Positions 56,797-64,000 of a DNA stretch of 64,000 nt are shown here, piece by piece. The number at the start of each line of letters is the position of its first letter. Position 1 is the stretch's first letter. A program made the position numbers and the translations under genes. Source of the DNA: a bacterium (GTDB taxonomy: Bacteria > Fidelibacterota > Fidelibacteria > Fidelibacterales > Fidelibacteraceae); assembly GCA_963676395.1 (NCBI GenBank), contig OY781066.1, forward strand, positions 448,001 through 512,000, read 5' to 3'. Below the pieces are notes generated by a model. The model made no database searches. It had not been told where the DNA came from and saw nothing but the letters and a program-made list of their open reading frames with translations.

Positions 56797-59700
56797 TTAA
56801 TTCTCAACTGCCTTCTTCGGTTGTAATATCCTTAGCATATACATGCCATATACCGTTAACAAAGTTAGAGCTATGGTAACAAGAGAAGATATAAGTACAT
56901 AGCCCCATGTTAATGTAGCGGGATTTACAAAAAGATATTGCAATAGCTCCAGTATGATCATTACACCGGCCATAACCGGGATATAAATCATATTAAATCG
57001 TAACACAAAAACATATAGTAAGATCATAATCACACCACATCCCAGCCCACAGATTAGCCACCAACTTAAAGATAATTTGCCTACCATCGCAAATCCCGAA
57101 AACAATAAAATAACGATGGTCCAACCCTTTGACTTTTGCCATCCATGACTGACTCTCTCAGCTATAACAAATGGTACAATCAAAGTAATTAGCTGAATAA
57201 AATATCCTTCCAAGGCCGATAGACCTGAAAACAGTATAGGTAAAGCCGCATCCAATTGAAGTGGCGATAAAATAATAGGACTCTTAGCAAGAAAATTTCC
57301 TTGAGCAAATGCCATAGCAGTTGCCAGTACCAAACCAAGGCTTGCTCCCTTTAATCCAATGACATGTTCATTTCTTTGTACGTGTAAGGGTATTCGCACT
57401 ATATAGCCCAAAGGCAATGCATAAAGAAAACCTGAAAATATAGCACCAATAACCATAGAAATAATCAGCATAAGCATCATATTTGAGTATGGTTCAGATG
57501 TAGGATATTGTGCAATGATCATCTTGTTCATCAAAATTCCTTGAACCAATGACACGGCAACAAATCCAAGCAAGAAACCGATAAAGACTCTTACATTGAA
57601 ATTCTTTTTGGTCCAAGCTACGATCGCAAAGATCAAAACACTTACCAACATTGCAACTCGTACGAAAACCGAAATAGCTTTCAACACCGTTTTAAGTACA
57701 GATGCTTTCTTTTGCTCACGATCCCACTTTTCGGGAGTATGAACGTATTTTTTTAATCCGCACAATTCATCTCCGGCCAAAGATACTTCGTAGCGTAATT
57801 CACCTTCTTCTAATCCACTGTTTTTTACACGATAAACAATAGACCAATCCGTACGGGATTTACGTTTTTCGGGTATAATCTTTACCAGCTCCAGATCTTC
57901 AATATCTTTATCGGAAAATTGTTTAAAAGTACTTTCTGCCGCTTTTTGTGCACTAAGTTCATCAAGTTGTGCACCGGGACGAGGTTCCGGGACACTATGG
58001 AACCAGGAAAGGATCTCACCGTCGCGACCAACATTCACCTGCAATGTTTCTGATCTCCGAACCACATCGCCATGAAAAGTTTTATACTTTATGGAGTAAT
58101 AATTTGCAGCTAATTCAGAGTTATACAAGTCTTTAAAGACCTCTTTTCCACCCTTTTCCCAAACAAAACGTCCACCCTTACCTATTCCCGTATCCATAAG
58201 AACATAAGGTTTTAATTCCAATGAATCGGTTCCCGAATAATGCTGAGCTATAAAATCGTCAGCGATTTCAATGGCCGCTTTTTTATCTATCTCTAATCTT
58301 GAAACATCTTGCGTTTTGGGCGTAAGGAAATACCATCCAGCAGCACCCACAATGAGCAATACCACCGCTATGAGTATGGGTAATTCTCTATGTTCAGTCG
58401 TTTTAGCTGAGTTATTGATCTTTTCTTCTTTTACTTTTGGTTCAGGTGCAACATAGCCGGAATTAAGATCTTCAGCTTGAATGTTGTACCATGCACCCGC
58501 TTGTATACGTCTGAAGACAACCACCAATAGTGGAATAAGCATAAAAATGATAGCTAAAATTCTATTTACCCAAATACCCGGTGCAGATAGAAGGAACAAG
58601 GGCATTGCCATCAATACAATATCATATACAAAGTGAGAAACCACAACGGGGAGAAGACCCCAATTCATATATATCAAACCATATAATACAAAAGGAATGA
58701 TCATCTCAATAATTCTTGCATAAGCAGGTTGTTGCGGGTAATTAGCATGCATAGCACCAAAGATCATGGCTTGCAGTACCAAAGCAATGCCTATCCATAA
58801 ACCTTTTTTCTTGAAATTTTTCCCTATCAATACAGCGCCTGCAAGCGGTACAGCACGAAACAGTGTTTCTTCCCAGAAACCGGCTTGCAAAGATTGCGCT
58901 GAGGGTAACAACCAAGGGAAAGGTATAGCAAGAATATTTGGATCCATCATATTATCGGCAGGTGACCACCAATTGAACACATGATTGGTCAGCCAATAAA
59001 AGAATGTAATAAAACCAACCATAAAAAATGCCCAGAGATAACCAAAGGTCGTGTGGCGCATAATCTCTTTAGAAGCACCTACACCACGCCCCCAGGATTT
59101 CCAGAATTGGATCTGTTCGGGAAAAGCCTGACGCCCCAGACCCTCACCCGCAGTTGACGATACAAAGAAAATTACCGAAATCAGTACACCATTTAACAGA
59201 GCGAATAATACTTGTTGAAAAATAAACTGCCCCGATAACAATGAAGTATCATAATTATACCATGATAACGCGATTGATGTTAAATGTGCCATAAAAACGA
59301 GCACACCAATAACAACAGACCATTTCAGAGCAGGTCGCCAAATAAATGTTCGTTTCCGGATCATATAAAATAAGGCCAATGCAACTCCGACAATACCATA
59401 AAGAATCAACATAATAGCTTGTCCAACATATGCAATGGTCGTATTAGCGGAACGCATTTCTTGATATCGGTCATCAAAGGTTTCGGGTATTTTTACGCTG
59501 GGCATCACCATCGTGATCCTATCACCTGAGATCTTTACCTTAATTCGGTATGAGGCTTCACCTACTTCTTCATATTTGTGTTTATATACTAAAATATGGT
59601 CGCGACGACCACCTTCTTTTAGCTCCGATGAACTTTCAAACAACTCATAATTGCTTAGATCAGGAATCAATTCCCCGCGCGTATCTGCTTTCGCGATAGC

Positions 59701-60138
59701 GCTAAGATCAACAGATGCCAAATCAGCTCCATCCAAGGAATCGGGAACAACCAGTTTAAAACCCAAGAAAATTCCATCAGGAGAAAAAACATAATGACAT
59801 TCTTCTATCTCATTATGATTAAATTGACGTACGCGCCATGTATAGGGATAATATATCTGACTGTTAACGATCTGCTGGAACACTTCTACGCCGCCGCCTT
59901 CTAGCTCTACATAATTCTTAAAACGGGAATCAGTATCAAAAATCACAACTTTTTCACTGCCTTCATCCATCAGTTGTAATGCTTTATTGAGCGAATCAAC
60001 ATGGTTAAGTATTTGAGCCTTATCGGCACTAATTTTAACATTTACGATAGGAAAAGCCGTATCAAAAGAGAAGATACTGTAAATTATCCCCAATACTGCC
60101 AGTACTGCAACAACATAAATAAGTGTATTTTTTTTCAT
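56797..60138 (-). CDS. Large CPBP (CAAX protease/Abi) family intramembrane metalloprotease with an internal duplication
   Basis: EETLFR, FGAMH and HFVYD motifs; many TMs; start moved to the ATG at 60138 (GGAG SD). Confidence 0.8.
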   Translation of the reverse strand: MKKNTLIYVVAVLAVLGIIYSIFSFDTAFPIVNVKISADKAQILNHVDSLNKALQLMDEGSEKVVIFDTDSRFKNYVELEGGGVEVFQQIVNSQIYYPYTWRVRQFNHNEIEECHYVFSPDGIFLGFKLVVPDSLDGADLASVDLSAIAKADTRGELIPDLSNYELFESSSELKEGGRRDHILVYKHKYEEVGEASYRIKVKISGDRITMVMPSVKIPETFDDRYQEMRSANTTIAYVGQAIMLILYGIVGVALALFYMIRKRTFIWRPALKWSVVIGVLVFMAHLTSIALSWYNYDTSLLSGQFIFQQVLFALLNGVLISVIFFVSSTAGEGLGRQAFPEQIQFWKSWGRGVGASKEIMRHTTFGYLWAFFMVGFITFFYWLTNHVFNWWSPADNMMDPNILAIPFPWLLPSAQSLQAGFWEETLFRAVPLAGAVLIGKNFKKKGLWIGIALVLQAMIFGAMHANYPQQPAYARIIEMIIPFVLYGLIYMNWGLLPVVVSHFVYDIVLMAMPLFLLSAPGIWVNRILAIIFMLIPLLVVVFRRIQAGAWYNIQAEDLNSGYVAPEPKVKEEKINNSAKTTEHRELPILIAVVLLIVGAAGWYFLTPKTQDVSRLEIDKKAAIEIADDFIAQHYSGTDSLELKPYVLMDTGIGKGGRFVWEKGGKEVFKDLYNSELAANYYSIKYKTFHGDVVRRSETLQVNVGRDGEILSWFHSVPEPRPGAQLDELSAQKAAESTFKQFSDKDIEDLELVKIIPEKRKSRTDWSIVYRVKNSGLEEGELRYEVSLAGDELCGLKKYVHTPEKWDREQKKASVLKTVLKAISVFVRVAMLVSVLIFAIVAWTKKNFNVRVFIGFLLGFVAVSLVQGILMNKMIIAQYPTSEPYSNMMLMLIISMVIGAIFSGFLYALPLGYIVRIPLHVQRNEHVIGLKGASLGLVLATAMAFAQGNFLAKSPIILSPLQLDAALPILFSGLSALEGYFIQLITLIVPFVIAERVSHGWQKSKGWTIVILLFSGFAMVGKLSLSWWLICGLGCGVIMILLYVFVLRFNMIYIPVMAGVMIILELLQYLFVNPATLTWGYVLISSLVTIALTLLTVYGMYMLRILQPKKAVEN

Positions 60139-60233
60139 GTCCAAACTCCAATTTGTATGGTAAAATATAATCATAAATTATCTTAAAACTATAATATTAA
60201 TTTCTATGTATAACATGCTTATATTCAATAGAC

Positions 60234-60262
60234 TTGACAAAGAAGAATAATTTATATATATT
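60234..60262 (+). promoter_or_regulatory. sigma70 promoter of the ArsR gene
   Basis: TTGACA-17nt-TATATT; AAGGA SD before the ATG at 60295. Confidence 0.75.
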
Positions 60263-60294
60263 AGCAAGTTAAATATTTAAAAGAAAGGAAGCTT

Positions 60295-60582
60295 ATGGCA
60301 ACCTCAAAGGATTATCAACAATTGGAGCAGAAAGCTGAAATATTAAAAGCAATTTCTCATCCCGTTCGTCTTTGCATCCTTCGTGGATTGGTTTTAAACG
60401 GTCCATCCAGTGTTGGCAAAATGACAATTTGTCTTAATATCCCTCAAGCAACCGTATCACAACATCTTGCAAAAATGAAAGCCGTTGGCATTATGTCCGG
60501 CAAACGCCAAGGTACAAAAGTTATTTATTCTTTAGAGAACAAAGAAAAAATTGTAGAACTGGTTAACAGTTTTATTCTCTAG
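60295..60582 (+). CDS. ArsR/SmtB family transcriptional regulator
   Basis: LKAISHPVRLCIL, QATVSQHLAKMK, RQGTKVIYSL. Confidence 0.92.
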   Translation: MATSKDYQQLEQKAEILKAISHPVRLCILRGLVLNGPSSVGKMTICLNIPQATVSQHLAKMKAVGIMSGKRQGTKVIYSLENKEKIVELVNSFIL

Positions 60583-60605
60583 AAACAGGTTAAATACTCA
60601 ACTTT

Positions 60606-60636
60606 AAAAGCCTCATCTAAACCAGATGAGGCTTTT
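60606..60636. terminator. Bidirectional intrinsic terminator
   Basis: aaaagcctcatct-aaacc-agatgaggctttt between the convergent arsR and GH13 genes. Confidence 0.85.
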
Positions 60637-60699
60637 GGTATTATGATTATAATTAAATCAATTACTAAATACTTGTATCGTGCTACTAGTTTCCAATTT

Positions 60700-62496
60700 T
60701 TAATAGCCGGTTACTATCATAACCGCTTCTCCCGGTGGAACAATGATCTTCTTTTCACTTACCTTAATGGTCGCTTCTCCTTTTAAGGGTCCTTTGATCC
60801 AATCGAGTTTTGTGATCTTTTGATCTAATATTGTTGAAAAGTATGCTTCTTCGGTTTTTGCACCGGAGTTATATGCCATAATTAGCGCATGTCCTTCCGC
60901 CTCTCGAGTTAACAAATAAATGTCATTCTGAAGATCATGTTTCATTTTGCTCAGAAATACTTCCGGGTAATCTTTTCTTACTTTCGTAAAAGCTTTCATT
61001 TGTTCAAAAATTATATTTTCTTTTTCAGTGCGAGTATCCGCATTAAAAGCACTTCGCTTGGTATAAGTAAATCCCCCCGGAAACTCCTTGCGATTTTCCG
61101 GATCATGTCCTCCGGCCATACCAATTTCATTTCCGTAATAGAGCTGAGGTATACCCCTCATGGAAAAGATCATTGTGAAAGCATTCAAGTATTTCTGCAG
61201 ATCACCGTTAACCGCAGAATAGAAACGGCCCATATCATGATTATCCATAAAGGTTAACATTCTATTGGGATCACGATAAATAAAATCGTTGGCGATCTCA
61301 CGATAAAAACGATCAATAGCCTTATCCTCAACGATCAACTGATAAATTTCCGAAGAGAAGCCAAAATCCGCAATAGACGACAATCCATTATCGACGGCTT
61401 CGCCGAAATAAAAAGCAAGGCGTGTTCTATCAAAATCCATGATCTCACCAACAAGATATAGATCTGGATATTCACGTTTAAGAGCCTTACCCCAGCGGCT
61501 TAAACCGACGTGATTGGAATACGCATAAGTATCTTCTCGAATGCCATCCAATTTCATGGTTTCTATCCACCATATCGCATGGTAAATAAAATAATCTACA
61601 ACATCGGGATTCGCCATATTCATATCAGCAAGATAACCTGCAAACCAACCTTCGGTTGGGAATTCTCGTTTTGCCGTTGGACCATAGGTATCGGTAATGT
61701 CAAGAATTTGATAATTACAAGATTCATGATCATCCAACGACCCATTTAGCCAATCTTTTGAAGGGGGATTTACCGCCAAAGGATGCGTGGGTGAAATATG
61801 ATTAACAATATGATCTTGAATAATCTTGATGCCACGAGCGTGACAGGCACTAACCAAATTATGGTAATCATCAAAGGTACCCATAAATGGATCTATAACG
61901 TAGGAATTTGTCGGTGTATAACCATGATAGCAATTAATGTAATTATTTTCATAAATTGGTGTCATCCAAAGAGCCGTTATTCCTAATTCATCCAAATAAT
62001 CCAAATGATCAATCACTCCGCGAATATCACCACCTCGCCTCCCCCACTTATGATCGCGACGAACGGGATCTTTATGTCCCTTAATCGTATTATTTTGTTG
62101 ATTACCATCAGCAAAACGATCGGGAATAAGCAAATAGACCACATCTCTCGCATCAATGGTCTTAATGGAATATTTATCCCGTTGTTTAATCTCATAGGGA
62201 ATACTCAGCTCGGTGTCTTTGTTTTTAAAAACAATATCAAAATAACCGACTTTTTTAACCTTAAGAGATAATCCGTAATAATGTTTATCATCATACTTAA
62301 TTTTTTCAAGAAGTTTAACATTACGAGATTTGATTTTTACATCACAATCGGAAAAATCATCACCATATATAAGAAGTTTTAAGGTATCATGCTCCATATC
62401 TACCCACCAATTGGGTGGCTCTATACGGGAAACGTCTAAAGCAAAGGCGCCAGATATGGTAATAAACAGTAAAAATATTATTAATGATCTTTTCAT
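60700..62496 (-). CDS. Secreted GH13 cyclomaltodextrinase/neopullulanase-like alpha-amylase
   Basis: Signal peptide; N-domain EPPNWW; PDRFADG; catalytic regions GIREDT, VGE, DNHD. Confidence 0.88.
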   Translation of the reverse strand: MKRSLIIFLLFITISGAFALDVSRIEPPNWWVDMEHDTLKLLIYGDDFSDCDVKIKSRNVKLLEKIKYDDKHYYGLSLKVKKVGYFDIVFKNKDTELSIPYEIKQRDKYSIKTIDARDVVYLLIPDRFADGNQQNNTIKGHKDPVRRDHKWGRRGGDIRGVIDHLDYLDELGITALWMTPIYENNYINCYHGYTPTNSYVIDPFMGTFDDYHNLVSACHARGIKIIQDHIVNHISPTHPLAVNPPSKDWLNGSLDDHESCNYQILDITDTYGPTAKREFPTEGWFAGYLADMNMANPDVVDYFIYHAIWWIETMKLDGIREDTYAYSNHVGLSRWGKALKREYPDLYLVGEIMDFDRTRLAFYFGEAVDNGLSSIADFGFSSEIYQLIVEDKAIDRFYREIANDFIYRDPNRMLTFMDNHDMGRFYSAVNGDLQKYLNAFTMIFSMRGIPQLYYGNEIGMAGGHDPENRKEFPGGFTYTKRSAFNADTRTEKENIIFEQMKAFTKVRKDYPEVFLSKMKHDLQNDIYLLTREAEGHALIMAYNSGAKTEEAYFSTILDQKITKLDWIKGPLKGEATIKVSEKKIIVPPGEAVMIVTGY

Positions 62497-62609
62497 CTAA
62501 TACATCCTTCTTGAACTTCAATAATCTTGATATCCACCTAAGCGCACAACTTGTGGAGTGTTTTCAATTCAAACTCGACATGTCCAGTCTTAACAATAAA
62601 TCAACAAGA

Positions 62610-63977
62610 TTATTTCATCATTTGTTTTTTAAACAATAATAACCAGACCAGCACCCACAAAACAATAGCCGCAAGTGAAATAAAAAATACTACCCATGAG
62701 CCGGTCATCACGCATAAAGGCATGGCAATGGACGTCCATAAACCACCACCCATAAAGGGTTCATGTAAAAGCTGTTTATAACCGAAAGCAGCATAGGCCG
62801 GAGATTTTTGTTCGGGATCTACCACACGCAACAGCAATAATCCGGTGGCCGTAACACCCATAGATTGTCCCATTTCGGCAATCGCTCGTTCGAACCAGGC
62901 ATTCGGGAGCAATCTGCGAGCGAGAAACATCACACAGAACACATTCCATACCACACCGGCAAGAACAACGATCATAATAGGCAACATCTGTGAACCAACA
63001 ATCGATATGTTGATCATTGCGATGGCAGCAACGATAAGAAAATCTAAAGCCGCCCCGGATACGCGTTGCATCATTTCTCGATCCATAATGCTTTCCTTTT
63101 TAAGCACTCTGGTCATAAATAACTGCACAATCAAGCCACCGATCATGGATAGAGGAAACATAGGAAAAGAAGATAATATACCGTTTTCTTGCATTGCAGG
63201 TGAAAGTGACTCAATAGCTATCAAGCCCTGTTTAATTAAAAAAGCAATAAATATTGCGCCCCCCACCAAAGCGATGTGCAGTGATAAAGTGTCTATTGAT
63301 GCAGGCAATACCGTTTGTTTCCCGGCAGACGGTTGCTCCTGAGGATCGTAAATTCCCACGATATTGCTTTCGGAGATATCCGATATCTTTTGCATTTTGC
63401 TTACATGGCCACGTTTTACAGCCCAGTTAATCAACCAGGTTCCGGTAATGATTGCAAATACAATACCCATAGTTGCCGAGGTCAATGCAAAATCGGCACC
63501 GTCTTCCCAACCATACGAAGCAAATACTTCGGCAAGGCCGGCGGCAGTTCCATGACCACCCTCAAAACCAATGGGAATGATCACACCAAAATGTTGGGGT
63601 AATTTAAATAACGGGGCAATGATCAATAAAGACAATCCTATACCCACGACATACTGTCCCCAGGCAACAATTTGCCCATAAGCCAGTTGAGGTCCGCTTT
63701 GTCGCCAAACCTCACTGAGTTTAGGTATTTTAACGCCCATGAACAGACATGCAAAAATAATATTGATCAGAAAACTCGGAAGTTTATTCCATCCGGCCGT
63801 AACCGTATCGGGTAATCCATTGCCCAAAACTTGAATGATCAGCAAGCCAAGAAGTCCACCAATCACAGCCGCAGGTAAATACAATCGCTGAAGCAATTTT
63901 ATTTTCACCCGCAGGACTTTGCCTAATATCAACAGTAAACATAATGAGGCAAATGACAAAATGATCGTCATAATCAT
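62610..63977 (-). CDS. gltS: Sodium/glutamate symporter family protein
   Basis: PAAVIGG, GFEGGHGTAAG, GQSMGVTATG. Confidence 0.87.
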   Translation of the reverse strand: MIMTIILSFASLCLLLILGKVLRVKIKLLQRLYLPAAVIGGLLGLLIIQVLGNGLPDTVTAGWNKLPSFLINIIFACLFMGVKIPKLSEVWRQSGPQLAYGQIVAWGQYVVGIGLSLLIIAPLFKLPQHFGVIIPIGFEGGHGTAAGLAEVFASYGWEDGADFALTSATMGIVFAIITGTWLINWAVKRGHVSKMQKISDISESNIVGIYDPQEQPSAGKQTVLPASIDTLSLHIALVGGAIFIAFLIKQGLIAIESLSPAMQENGILSSFPMFPLSMIGGLIVQLFMTRVLKKESIMDREMMQRVSGAALDFLIVAAIAMINISIVGSQMLPIMIVVLAGVVWNVFCVMFLARRLLPNAWFERAIAEMGQSMGVTATGLLLLRVVDPEQKSPAYAAFGYKQLLHEPFMGGGLWTSIAMPLCVMTGSWVVFFISLAAIVLWVLVWLLLFKKQMMK

Positions 63978-64000
63978 TCCTATTTAAGTAAAAGCATTTT

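Noticed and set aside
60256..60278. Possible ArsR operator palindrome over the -10 box
   Set aside because: The symmetry needs a gap and several mismatches in very AT-rich DNA

Overview
This is a core chromosomal window of an AT-rich bacterium, probably from the FCB superphylum and Marinimicrobia-like. That placement is inferred from gene order, canonical TTGACA/TATAAT promoters and a GWxTD protein; no database search was run. Almost everything is on the minus strand. In transcription order the window holds: gltS; a GH13 cyclomaltodextrinase-like enzyme; a lone plus-strand ArsR; a giant CPBP protease; a GWxTD/chorismate mutase/vWA operon; an acyl-CoA thioesterase; the tRNA(Thr-Tyr-Gly-Thr)-tuf-rpmG-trnW-secE-nusG-rplKAJL-rpoBC-str-S10-spc-alpha superoperon; a yihY/glycosyltransferase operon; a complete rRNA operon (16S-Ile-Ala-23S-5S); cca; and a Wzc kinase and PHP phosphatase bracketing a methylmalonyl-CoA mutase/epimerase/Na+-decarboxylase cluster. 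I found no mobile element or CRISPR array. The most notable observations are: (1) a structured RNA with a strong intrinsic terminator and a possible antiterminator inside the tRNA cluster, just before thrT-tuf; (2) five tandem sigma70 promoters in front of the rRNA operon, with a start-site motif also found at the tRNA and str promoters; (3) rpmG and rpsJ, each following a tuf copy, share an identical 22-nt start; (4) a possible two-state RNA switch before rplC; (5) the tyrosine kinase/phosphatase pair split by the propionate Na+ pump genes.
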